DNA of 63,720 bases, counting the filler, from Reticulomyxa filosa (Eukaryota > Protista > Foraminifera), in the NCBI GenBank assembly GCA_000512085.1. It is 22 parts of 22 records of this genome, joined end to end, with 100 filler letters (N's around TTAATTAATTAA, not from the genome) between each part and the next. Parts side by side here need not be neighbours in the genome. Positions count along the whole stretch, not along the records: positions 30,858 to 40,072 come from ASPP01026658.1; positions 40,173 to 42,237 come from ASPP01046607.1; positions 42,338 to 44,207 come from ASPP01014118.1; positions 44,308 to 47,007 come from ASPP01010833.1; positions 47,108 to 48,307 come from ASPP01026294.1; positions 48,408 to 51,492 come from ASPP01012402.1; 16 more parts are not named here. The stretch is one strand, 5' to 3'. The position numbers were made by a program, and so were the translations under genes. Numbering within the stretch: the first letter of the stretch is position 1; each line of letters opens with the position of its first letter. Of this stretch, positions 38,129 through 50,630 are shown piece by piece. A model generated the notes under the pieces. The model had not been told where the DNA came from, ran no database searches, and saw only the letters and a list, made by a program, of their open reading frames with translations.

Positions 38129-39599
38129 AATGTATTCTTGTATGATGAAATTTTTTGGTGTTTATTTGATAATTTTTTATTTAACAAAATGACTTTTTTC
38201 ATTATTTAATTGTTGACAATTTTGTCAATTTATCAATTTTTGACAAAACTATTCAATTAAAATATCTTCAAATAATATCAACATTGTAGGTTTCAATGGA
38301 TTTGGCTGACACAATTAAAAAAAATGAAAACATGTGAAATTACTTGACTATATATTACCTTACCGTTGTTTTTCGTTTTGAAAGTTCTTAAACTTTTGTA
38401 TTATACTTATGAAGTAATGTTTCTGAAAGATATGACAAAATTTCATAATTAAGATTATGCTTTGTGTAAACAAGTGGACCCTTTGAGGTATAGAAGAAAG
38501 TAAGCAACTGCAATTGATGTAGCAAGTGAGAGGAATATTGATTACTTTTTATATTAGTTTGTTTACTAAAAGAAAATATTTTGATGCAGTTTTTTTTGCT
38601 TTTCATCACAGTCACCAGTTAATGTGATATATTGCTCAATATCTTGTAATGTTTGTTTAATATTATTATAATTATTTGTAGATCATTGATGCGTTCTTTA
38701 AGTAATTGTCGCAAATTTCTAACAATTTTTCTTTGTGTGATAACAATTTTTGTACAATTATTTTTTATAGTCTTCTTCTATTGCATTTATTTGATTCTTA
38801 TGCTAGTCTTCAAGAAAGAGTACTGTCAATTGGTTTCTTTGATTGAGTTTCGATCCGAATTGTGGTTATAACTTTGAATATTTTTCGCCTCTATGTAAAG
38901 AGTAAGTTGTTGCATCTCGTGGCTTTTTGCCTCGAGTATTTTCAAACGACCATTGGGGTTTACCATTTGCCCGAGATATAAGATTGTATTGCCTGTATAT
39001 TCTTTTGTTGTATACTTGTTCATAAAGTTAGCGATCATTGAACAGCAGTTATTACCCCTTCAGTTTTTCGGATAGTCTGCGAAAGTGAATATAATTTCAC
39101 TTTCCTTTCTTTAAACGTTGGTAAAGCTGATTGATTTTGTCTGTTCATTTTTGGCTGCTCTCTATGTAATAGAAAATATCAAAACATGAAAGATAAAAGG
39201 GATTATATATCCAATAATGAACATTCCACTGAGATCTAAAATGATTTTTGTTCCTCTTTGATTGCTCTATTCAACTAACCTTAGAGGAAAGTTACTTGGA
39301 AATTATTAAAATATAAAATCAATTCTTCCTTCCATAAGCATTCTGTATTATCAGACCAATCACTGTCACAATATATTCTCCACTAATTTGGACAAAGTTC
39401 AAAATGATTAAGTCTCAATCCAAAATACTTTGATTTCATTAATAACTTGAAAGAAGATTTGTTTTTGCAAACTATTTCCTTACTTGTTCAAAAATATAGA
39501 ATACTTTTAAAATAATTACCACATTGCAAATAAATTTATCAATAACAACGTAACGTTTAAGCCAAACTTTTTGTTAAAAAAATTTTGACAACTGTTGTA

Positions 39600-39640
39600 C
39601 AGTAGATTGCACAAAAAACTGCCATACCTAAATGGCACTA
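39600..39640 (+). mobile_element. Possible diverged Tc1-family TIR
   Basis: TA|CAGTAGATTGCACAAAAAACTG resembles TA|CAGTATGTTGCAAAGAAAACTG. Confidence 0.4.
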
Positions 39641-40174
39641 TATGAAGAGCAAAAATACTTGCACGCTATGACAAATATTTTAGTCATTGGAAAATAAAAA
39701 AAGAAACATTGAAATTTGCTTTGGAGACTTTACCATTTGAGGCAATCAAAGATATCACAATATCAAACTTTGAACACAAAAAACAAGCATACAAAGATAC
39801 TATTTTAAAAGGATCAATGTTATCTGTTAGCAAGCCAGTTAGTAACAATGATTTATTACTTAATAAAATAACGAAGACATTGCAAGTGTGAGGAACAAGA
39901 CAGCAGTAATGACTATGAAGTACGTGATTTTCATGCATTACAACAAAAAGAAGACTTATATGTGAAAAAATTAACTGCTAAAAAAGATATTAAATTATCT
40001 TTACGCATAAAAAAGAGAAAACGCGCTTTGGATGAAATGGGAGGAGCAGTAATAACATTATAAAAAGAATAANNNNNNNNNNNNNNNNNNNNNNNNNNNN
40101 NNNNNNNNNNNNNNNNTTAATTAATTAANNNNNNNNNNNNNNNNNNNNNNNNNNNNNNNNNNNNNNNNNNNNTG

Positions 40175-42237
40175 GAGAAATTAAGTAGGTTAGAGTCAAT
40201 CATTCCAGAAATTGCAGATCATTCCAAAGAAGTCGGAATGAAAATTGAATATGCTATTCGAGCGACAGTGTCCACAATCAAGCATGAATTTTCATTGGAA
40301 AGAAGAAGTGTGCGTTATCAAAAAGAGATTAAAGAACAATTGGAGAAATTAAAAGAACATGTCGAAACTCTTAAAAAATGGTCACAAGACAAGGGGTTAA
40401 AAATTGTACAAGATTTGAAGTCGCAAATTCAGTCCACTGAAAACAAATTAAGAATGAGTGAGCGTTTCTTTCAAGAAAAAAGAAGGGGTCCTGAGCATGA
40501 AATCCAGAGGGTGGAGGACAGTATTTCGAGATTGAAAGATATTATTCAGCATTACCAAGGATTGAATTCGAGTTGGTTAATTTTTAGAGATCCGACAAAA
40601 GCGATTGATTATTTGAAAGAGCAAGGATACCAATCCATTGAAGATATAAAAAATAAAGAAGAAGAAGAAGAGGAAATACTTGACAAATTGAAAAAGCAAG
40701 TGGGAGAATTGGAAAAAAGTCAAAACAAAGAAATGGAAGAATTGAAAAGAGAGTTGAAAAAATATCAAGAAATTCAAAAAGAATATCAAAAAGAAAAAGA
40801 AAATGTAATGTTAGAAAATCCCTCCAAATTTTTAAAGAGTCGAGATTTTTCAGACTCTGAGATTTCAGAATTGATCGATGATGAAACCTTACTTTTTGAA
40901 AAGATCCAAAAATATGAAAGAGAAATCAGCAGTGCCAAAGGCGTGGGCTATGTGTTTGACATATTGAATCCATCAAGAACGGAAAAGGTATTACATTATT
41001 TGAAAGAATGCAAAGCGACTCCCTTTTCTTTTGCAGACATTGTAGCAGGCAATGATCAAAGAGGAGAAAAAAAACAAAGTACGTTGAAACAAGACCTTGT
41101 TGCAACACTACATGCGGTGGAGCATTATTTGCAATGTTACGGCGAATTTGTTCAAAGTCAACTCCGATCATTGGATTATACGGAAATCTCGTCAACACCC
41201 AAAACAGATACAAATGAATTTATGGAAAAAGTGGAAACAATTGTGAATCGATTGAATGAAATAAATAAATTAGAAAAGAATCATCCTGTGATTTTTGCAT
41301 TTTTTCCACAAGATATAATGAAACCATTTCCCAATAAACTTGAAAAAACCTGGTTAAATTTATCCGATGAAATGGTGAAATGTGAAAGACAGGGCAACTT
41401 TCAGGCATTAAACAATAGGATATCTGCAACCAAGGCATTGAGTATGTTAGATGATTATACCAAACCCAATTGTAAATTTCGTGATTTATTTGTGAAGCAT
41501 CAAGAGGCTCTATTTAATAATGTGATCGACACCAGAACAGTGTTGAAATATATGGAAGAACATTGCTATATTGATGTCGCTGCAGAAATGTCCAAAATTA
41601 ATCAACGCAAAGATGGAGATGGGCAAGCGGAAAGAGTACTTGAGGAACTCAAAAGCTCTCTGTCACGTTCATTGAAAGGATTAGCCAAAAACACAATGAT
41701 AAAGATGGTGAAGCTGGGAGACAATGAAGTGGATTTAGATGAAGTACTCAAGTTGGAAACACAATTTCAAGCAATCGAAGATGCCAAAAATTTTGTATTT
41801 AAATACGTAGATAATAATACTAAAAGAGAAATCGAAAAGATAGAGTCTGACACGAAATCATCAATCGAAAAATGGGTGCTCAAAGTGGTGGCGACTGTGA
41901 AAGCCGCCATCAAATCCTGCAATTTTTGGGAGGCGGAGGAGAAGATCAAACTGATCCGAAAATTTACTCGCATTTTAGGGAACCGTTTCGAGCAAACTTC
42001 CTTTGATGACAACAAAGAAGAAAAGACGAAGGAAGAAACCGACAAAATTTCCAATAGTATCGATCAATTGGAACGACAACTGCAAAAAGTATTGGAAGAA
42101 GTTATCGAAAAATATAAAAAGATTAATTTAAAGACATCTGATTTTAACCCATATGCTTCCAATCCACCCAAGAATCTGTATACCAAATTGGAAAAAGTGA
42201 TGCATACTGCCTCCACGTATAATTACAAAGAGTCATG
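40175..42237 (+). CDS. Intronless fragment of a very large alpha-helical/coiled-coil lineage-specific protein
   Basis: One uninterrupted frame spans the whole 2.06-kb contig and is open at both ends; no catalytic motif recognised. Confidence 0.8.
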
Positions 42238-42419
42238 NNNNNNNNNNNNNNNNNNNNNNNNNNNNNNNNNNNNNNNNNNNNTTAATTAATTAANNNNNNN
42301 NNNNNNNNNNNNNNNNNNNNNNNNNNNNNNNNNNNNNTGAATCGTATGCAATGAAATAAGGTTTTTAAAGCCCCCCCCTCCTTCTTTTGAAGGAAAACAA
42401 CAAACAAACAAAAAAACCC

Positions 42420-43177
42420 TCAAATTCAACAGCGTTTGCAAATATTCATCAATTGCATTAGGCTTTGTAAACTTCATCAATTCGCATGCCTGCTTCATAT
42501 ATTGCTTCGCGGATTCCAAATCGTGCAGCTTTTCGCAGACACGCGCATATTGGCTGTGCAGCTCATACTTGGTTTTGTTGTTGATCGGCATGCTGTCGTC
42601 GTCGCGATTGTGGGCGGCAGCGCCGTTGGCCAAGGCCTGGCCGTCTTCATTGCCGTTGGCAGAGGAAGGGCTGTTTGCGCCGTGGATTTCGTTCATGATG
42701 TCGATCGCCTGTTTGCACATTTGCTTGCAACGTGCGTAGTATTTCAAGTCTTCCAGCCAGTCTGCGTATTGCGATAGATATCGCAGACGGTCTCTTATCG
42801 ATATCGCCTTTTCAAAGTATTTGCACACTTTGGACTCGATGAATTTGACAGACATTTATAGTTCGATGCAATGTCGATCTTTCCAAAGTTTTCTCTCTTT
42901 GCGCTGTTTTTTTTGGTGAAAAGGTACGGTGTTCATTATTGTTGTCGTTGTTGCGATCGTTGCCTGACCCCGGCCTTGTCAGAAAATGTGGTAACAAAGG
43001 AGAGTCTACAGTTCTTGGGGACATTGCCATTTTGTTTTCATCATCATCATCATCATCATCATCATCTAACCCCGAATTTTCCAGCAAATGCCATAGCAAA
43101 TGAGAATTTGCAGTTCTTGGAGACATTGTCATTTTATTTCATCATCGTTATCATTACTATTATTATTATTATTGTTC

Positions 43178-43227
<50 letters not shown>

Positions 43228-43671
43228 GCTACTGTTATCATCTACTGCTCCTGACATTGAATCGATTATATTGCTTCGAATAAACTCTTCAATCTCTTCG
43301 TTGTAATCTTCTTTTCGTAGCTTGCCTTTTTTTTGCTTGTTGTAATACGTATATGCATTACATATCATTAGGTAGTTGTCCGCGATCCAGTTCCTTTGAT
43401 GGTATCCTAAAAATTGCCCCAAAATAAAACACAACAAGTGATTCTGCTCGTCAAACAATAGTGCCATTTCAAACACTCGTATAAATGTCTGGCTCAGTTC
43501 TCGCGGCATTGTGTCTTGGTTGGTTTTGTACCAATAGTGCGCGTACGAATACGCTGCTATCGTATAATCCCAGCTTTCTTCTTTGCACAACGCGCTTTGG
43601 AGATAATAATGACTTGAATCTGACAATTGTTGATGTAATACGCTTGCATTGTAGTCCCTTTCTACATGCAT
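42420..43671 (-). CDS. TPR-like helical protein with poly-Asn/poly-Asp linker; frameshifted in this assembly
   Basis: YFEKAISI, YARVCEKLHDLESAKQYMKQACEL and LGQFLGYHQRNWIADNYL; repeated SPRT motifs; frame breaks near microsatellites. Confidence 0.5.
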
Positions 43672-43976
43672 CTTTTACCAATTCTTCTTATGAGAGTTGT
43701 CCAAAATCAATTTCTCTTTTTTCCTCTGCGTTATTGGTTGATCCCTTGAACCATAAAACAAAAGGAGGGCCCTTTCTGTTTGTGTCGGTGGATGAGTTGA
43801 GCAAAGTCCAATTCAAAAACATTGGATTTGTCATTGATAAAGCAATGAATACTCGTCTTCAATCGTTTATAAGTATGTAAACGAATCTGTACAAAGAGAG
43901 AGAAAAGCGAATCCTAAAGGGGTCGAGGAAGGGAGAAGTTTAAGAAAAAAAGAAACTTTCATAATCATAACGTGTA

Positions 43977-44207
43977 ATGAGCAATAATAAGACAAAAAAG
44001 CGAAATTTGGAAAATGAAGCGTCACAAACTGATGATAAGCTCCGTGATTTGGTGACTTTGCCAAAAACATTTTTATTGGCGAGCCATATAGCTTCAAAGC
44101 AGTTGAAAGGACGTGAAATATTTCTCTACATTTACACGAGATTTGAAAAGAAGTCTGCAGAAGCTGAGGAGCAACAAAAGCAAAATCAAGGCCAAAAGCA
44201 AAATCAA
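43977..44207 (+). CDS. Hypothetical protein, 5' fragment
   Basis: ATG-initiated open frame running to the contig end. Confidence 0.45.
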
Positions 44208-44351
44208 NNNNNNNNNNNNNNNNNNNNNNNNNNNNNNNNNNNNNNNNNNNNTTAATTAATTAANNNNNNNNNNNNNNNNNNNNNNNNNNNNNNNNNNNNN
44301 NNNNNNNCTCTCTCTCTCTCTTTCTCTTTTGTGAAACAAATAAACAAGTAC

Positions 44352-46829
44352 TTTGAATCCATAAGCGAGAATTTTGACGACCACCTCCAGTGCAAAAATG
44401 GAAACAAAAAGGGCGTCGATTGCGAACAGGACGTTATTCCATTCGTGTGATTGATTGTAGTGATCACAGGCCATGGCAATGGCATTTAAAATGATACACG
44501 TCAATATCAGCTGCTCAAACTTGTTGTCTTCCACGAGAATGAAACAGAGTCTATCGTTTGTTTACATATGTACTTATTTATTTGTTTTATGTGGTTTATT
44601 TATCCTCTCCCCCTCCTCCTTTTTGTTTCTTGTTTGAATGACACAAAACTTTCGAATCTTCTGCTTTGGTGCATTGGAAGCTGGAGTGAGCGCGATCCTT
44701 CGCAATAGACTATTGTTTTTGACCCACTCTCTCTGAGTTTCCGTTTGGAACGCACTCCCGTCCTTTTCGGCCTTGATGCGATTGAAGTTATCGACGAGGA
44801 CAGACACGATCAGATTCAGACTGAAAAACGAGCACAGGATGATGACCAGGATGAAATAGAGCGCGGCAAAGGGATGGGAATCGGGGGCTGTCGTGAGTCC
44901 TGGAGGAGAGCCCTCCGTCGCTTGGAACATGAGGGTGTTCCAATTGGACCTGGTCGCAATGATGAACAGCGAGTGCAGCGCTTGAAACACGTTATCAAAG
45001 TTGAATGTGGAGGGACTCCAAACAAAGCTTTGAGCGAGACAATCTTGCTTGCTCAATGTGGCTATCTCACCAGGCTCCATTGTGGAATTGTTATGTGTCG
45101 AGGGATAGCACATTTTGAATTTGCCTTCCCACCAACCCACTCCGAGGATAGCCAAAACAAACCAAAACAATATGCAAAATAGCATGGTGGCCAACATGGC
45201 CGGAATGGCTCTCATTAGGGCTCCCAACACGACTTTGATCTGTTCGATACGAACCATGATTCGCAAAGGTCGGAATGCACGCAAGCTTCGCAAGAACGCG
45301 ATTTCGGGAAAGGCAATTCCAATCACGGCCACACAGACAACCAGGGCGTCCAATCGATTCCAATTGCTTGCCAAATACGCATTGTGATGATAATCACTCA
45401 TGTCAAACGATGTGCACACCTTCTCCAACTTTTTATCTTGGGGCCTTTTCGACTCGTTCCAAATGTACCACATACCTTTCTCCTCATTCGACCACAGATA
45501 CGCCGTCATAAACTCACCGTCGTGAAATAGTAGTCGGTACTCTTCTTGCGCCATGGCCATGGCATGGACCACCTGATACTTATCATTCGATTCAATCACT
45601 TCAATCGCCAATGCCGCATTTTGCGTCAATGGACGGTTGGAGAACATTGCCAATATCGCCTCGTGCGACTTCCAAGTCCAATAAGTTAATTTTTCGTCGT
45701 CATGAATTTTCTTCCATTTTCTGGCCTTGCAAAATGAATATGCTATTATAATTAATATATATATGTATAAATATATATATATATATATACGTATACATAT
45801 ATATAATTATAAATTAAACAAAAAAAAAAAAAAAAAACGTAACGAAAACATCCCAAAGCAATGTTCTTCAAAATCATTTCAACGACAAAAATGACCGTAA
45901 AAATAATGTCCACAATCAAAAACAGTTGCCGATTATGCGTTTTTCTTTCGGGCTGATCCGCAGCTAAAAAACCACAATTGGCCAGTATCAACACATGCAC
46001 GCAAATATCAAAGGCTGGGTGCATGACCAAAGCGTGGACTTTTTTTCGAAAGACACTATCGGGTGGAAATAATCCGCAGGATATGCCCTCCAATTTATCT
46101 TTGTCGCGCAAATGCTTTCGTTCTCGTTGTGTTTGACGATGCTTGACCAAGTATTCGGTACGCTGCAGCTTTGTGACCAATCGCATCAGACATTCATTTT
46201 TTGTTAGCAATGGTTCGCCCGTCATTGCGTCCCTTTTCATTTGCAGATCTTTCGCATACGTCGCGCAATCCTCCGACAAAAATTTGGCTTTGGCGTCGTC
46301 TGCGTGCAAGTGGCTGATAAGCACGGCCATAAACAAGTTCATCACAATATACGTACCAAAACAAATGACCACAATGAAATACAAAATGGCTCCATATCCG
46401 ACTGCGTCCACCGCATCGTACATCATCGAACTCCAAGAGTCCCCTGTAATTAATATAAACACTGAAATCATTGCCGAATAAAAAGTGTCAAACTTCCAGG
46501 GACCCCTTGGGCTCGGCAATTGCGTCACGGCCGTTCCGAACAAAGACATTCCCAACGTCGCGAACATAAACATGAAAATGAACAATATCACTGTCAGCCA
46601 TGACACCTCGGCGATCGACTCCAACACCAAATCGAGCAATAAGCGGAGCACCTCAAATTGCTGCAGCAATCGAAATGTTCGAAACGCTCGGAAGACACGA
46701 AATACACGAAACGCTCTCAATGTCGTCGCTTGTAAGTTTACATTTGGCAGTGCAAACAAGTCGATCAGTGATACAATCACAATCAAGAAATCAAAGATAT
46801 TCCAAGCTTCTTTGAAATAGGCCTTTGAT
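44352..46829 (-). CDS. Four-domain voltage-gated Ca2+/Na+ channel alpha subunit, fragment (DII S3 to DIV S2); exons 46829-45844, 45742-44650 and 44550-44352
   Basis: WNIFDFLIV; S4 LRAFRVFRVFRAFRTFR; pore ITGDSW; S6 MNLFMAVL; WNRLD; S4 LRSLRAFRPLR; FNFDNVFQAL; LNLIVSVLVDNFNRIK; FEQLILTCIILN. Confidence 0.95.
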
Positions 46830-46971
46830 CTATCATTTTCCAGTGAACATATTATGTACATATATATATATATATATAATGTATACATACGTATACATAT
46901 ATGTATAAACATATGTATGATAGATATGTGATATGAATACGTCACATCACATTTTCTTCAAATTACTTTTT

Positions 46972-47007
<36 letters not shown>

Positions 47008-47107
47008 NNNNNNNNNNNNNNNNNNNNNNNNNNNNNNNNNNNNNNNNNNNNTTAATTAATTAANNNNNNNNNNNNNNNNNNNNNNNNNNNNNNNNNNNNN
47101 NNNNNNN

Positions 47108-47586
47108 CCGTATTCCGATTTCGCGCTGTTAGTACACTTGGATACTTGCAGGAATATGCAGGCCAAACACGCGAATAATATGGACAATAAACCTGTGCCT
47201 TTGCAATTGTACCCGTCCACAAAGGACGTGCCTTTCGCATCGTCGACCTTCTGCAGGTCTTCCGTGTCGTACCAATACGCCAACGACATCAAGGCATACA
47301 GCAAAAGCGCACATGCCACGCTCAGGATACGTTTGCTTCGTGGACCAAAGTATCCAACTCCATCCGCATAAGTCCCAATCACGTCTGCTTTCGATTTCTG
47401 TGTGGGCTGAGCGTGCGGATCATCGACTTGATAGGGCTGGTCTGCTGTCGCGTTCGTTGATGGTGTCTCATATTGTGGCACCGCACCAAAAGAATGGCTT
47501 TCGCGTCTTTCTCCTGCTCCTTCCGTTCGTGCAGCACCGCTTTCTGACGGTCGAGACACACTTGGAGGGACACTATTATCCGCCAT
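47108..47586 (-). CDS. Membrane protein, 5' part (disordered N-terminus plus at least 2 TM helices)
   Basis: MADNSVPP... then ILSVACALLLYALMSLAYW and GLLSILFACLACIFL. Confidence 0.65.
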
Positions 47587-47955
47587 TTTCAAAAAATTAT
47601 ATAAATGACACCAATTTACGGGAGGGGGGGGCACACTTTTGAATTCAATTTCTTTTTTAAAAAAGCTCAAGTGTGCGTCTTTTTTGTCGGGTTTAAAAAA
47701 AAAAACTTTGTAGTTTCTTTCAAAGAACAGTAAAATTAACTACTTGCCGTCTAATACAAAACGCACTTGAGCGCTGCTTTATTCTCTCGAAGGAAGTATT
47801 TTTGAAAACTCGGGCGTACTGTCGATGTCAGTGAGACTTAAGACTGAACCCCAGAGACACTCCTTCTCTTTAAAAATTTACATAAAATACCATTTTTTCC
47901 CCTCTCCCATCGTGTATCATTTGGTTTTAGAAGCTGACATTGACTTATTGAAAGG

Positions 47956-48174
47956 ATGTCGTTCTTTTTTGAAGACTTTTTCCGCGGATTTCCAGGCGCA
48001 CATGAGCATCACGCGGAAGAGGAAGAAGAAAGCGGGCCGGTGGACACGAACAAATTTTATGATCTGTTGGGAGTGAGTAAAGACGCAGACGAAAATGAAA
48101 TTAAAAACGCATACAAAAAGAAAGCCCGAGAGTTGCACCCAGATAGACACCCAGAAGAGCGAGAGCATTATCAG
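47956..48174 (+). CDS. DnaJ/Hsp40 J-domain protein, first exon
   Basis: [36 protein letters not shown] (HPD motif); donor CAG|gttaaa. Confidence 0.93.
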
Positions 48175-48409
48175 GTTAAACAAACAAATAAACGACGAAA
48201 GGAAAATAAAACAACACGAGGCCAAAGCAAAGTCCCCCAAATAAACATAAGCAAAGCTTGTTAGAGTCACTTTGAATTTTCTGGTGAAGGAAAGGGGGGG
48301 GGGGGGGNNNNNNNNNNNNNNNNNNNNNNNNNNNNNNNNNNNNNNNNNNNNTTAATTAATTAANNNNNNNNNNNNNNNNNNNNNNNNNNNNNNNNNNNNN
48401 NNNNNNNTT

Positions 48410-48441
<32 letters not shown>

Positions 48442-48449
48442 GTGGTCGC

Positions 48450-49080
48450 AACAAAACTTTGGTAGCAAAGACAGAAGCGACAGCTCGGCTGTGTGCTGAT
48501 TTTTTGGAACAAAATTGATCAAAGATTTTTCTTGCCACATGACGGCGGGTATTTTGATCACTTAGAGTTTTATACGTTTTCACATCTGATATAAATAATG
48601 CCTGGCCCGATTGATCAATGTGTACATTCAGTCCCGAAGGGGGGGGAGGGGGGGAGAGGAAGGACAAGGAGAGAAGGAGGAGGGGAGGAGAGAACAAAAA
48701 AATGTCCTTTTTTTTCTGTTGCTGACTTATGAGTATGTGTGTGATTTTGCTTCATCTTTATGCCAAATACAAATCTTTGACTTCTTGCACCTTTTTCCAT
48801 TTTCCCCCCCCCCCTTTTTTTAATAGTGACAACTGCTCACCTTTTCTGCAGAATAATGCGAAGCTAGAAAACACTTGATCAAGTAATATCCAAGAGGCTC
48901 TTCAAAAACGTTTCGAAAGTTTAATTCCCCTTTGGCCAATAACTGCTTTTCTGTGTCAACGAGCGTCTCATAAGGAGGCAAATTTCGCAATAGATGAAAA
49001 TTTAGATTAGTTGAATAGCCTTCTTTTATTGCCGCCAAAAATTGACGATTTTGAGGTATTTCTACAATTTCATCGTACAT
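48450..49080 (-). CDS. G-protein-coupled receptor kinase-like N-terminus (alphaN helix + RH/RGS domain), partial
   Basis: MYDEIVEIPQNRQFLAAIK and GELNFRNVFEEPLGYYLIKCF...|ALFISDVKTYKTL...RRHVARKIFDQF parallel GRK2 MADLEAVLADVSYLMAME and [21 protein letters not shown]...REIFDSY. The kinase domain is not in the contig. Confidence 0.7.
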
Positions 49081-49297
49081 TCTGTGGCAGGGAAAATTTT
49101 TTTCTCCCTGTTCCTTTTTTTTTTTGGACTTTTACAAGCAAAAAGCTTGTTTGTTTTATACAGACCGAATTTGGAGCTGTAATTGCTGTATTGATTAAGA
49201 TATTACACTACAGATAAATACCTAATTAAAAAAATAACTACATTGAAAAATTCCGAAGGTACAATTTCTAAAATTGAACTTTCCAACAGAAACTGTC

Positions 49298-50597
49298 ATG
49301 ACCGCAGTGAGGAAATCATCTGTATCTATACAAGATCAAAAGGAAGTGACTTTGGCTGAGTTGCAAGATGCCATTGGAAAGTTTGATTCGAATGACGAGC
49401 TTGACAAAAAAGCCCGCGTTGCTCTTGAAGCACGATTACCTGTTTACAATGGACCTAATCCTGTTTGTGTCTTTTGTCAAAATGCAAAGCTTGATTTTTG
49501 TCTGCGCTTGCTCAAACCAATCAACCCCTGAATGCTACCATTCAAAACAAACTTTAAAAAAGAGAAAAGGAACATTCTCTCCCCTTTTCGCTCCTCCTTT
49601 GCCCCTTGCAAAAAAAAAAAAATAAATAAAAAAAAACAAAAACAAACAAACAAACAAACAAAAAAAAAAAAATAAGTGGCTGCCAATATTACCATTTACA
49701 TGGTATGAACGAATAAAAATTCTATTCTTCACAGTGACATTGATACTGCCTCTGAAAATACTATTGATATTACTGTGTTTGATATTGATGTATCTCACCT
49801 CCTTACCACTTACAATTGGAAGAGAGTTTGCCCAGCCTGGGAAGGTGTCACCTCCATTGTCGTGTTGGAGGTATGTACTATATTCTTGTCACATTATATA
49901 TTTATGTGTAAACATGTGTATACATCTTTGAAGAGGTACATACGACAACAACAACAACAAAAAACAAACACAGAAAACCTTTTGCATTGTTGCAAAGAGT
50001 TTGGTTACGAATCATTTTATTCATAGCAGGATTTTATTGGATAAGAACAAGCTACGCGGGGAAGCCTTGGAGATGCTGTTATGGCAAAGACCTGCCGCGG
50101 ACACTTGTGCCCAATCACTGCAGCACTTTTGATGCCTTCATTATGTATGTCATCACTGGCGGAGTCTCCGTTGCCAAGCGTGAAGTGCAAAACCTTCCAT
50201 TCATTGGTACTGATGTTACATTTCACATACATTAATATACTTGCCACTAGCATATACACATATTATAATACAAATGATGGAAAAAAAAAAAGGGAGAATT
50301 GGTGGAGCATTAGGAGGAGTATTTGTGGATCGAACAAATCCAAATGAACGACAGCAAGTGAGAGAGCAAATTAAAGAATATCAAAAAGACACTCGGTTGC
50401 CTCCATTGGTTGTATTTCCCCAAGGAACTGTGTCTAATATAAAAACATTGACAGTATTCAAAACAGGTATACATTTATACATGCGTATATACATATATAT
50501 GTACATATACATATACATATATGTATTCATTTATTTGTATTACATATGCAAAAATATACACAATGACAACAAATTCTTGAAACCAAAATATCACCCC

Positions 50598-50630
<33 letters not shown>

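Noticed and set aside
38826-39560. Possible decayed LINE ORF1/endonuclease on the minus strand
   Set aside because: No convincing zinc-knuckle, endonuclease or RT motif could be read.
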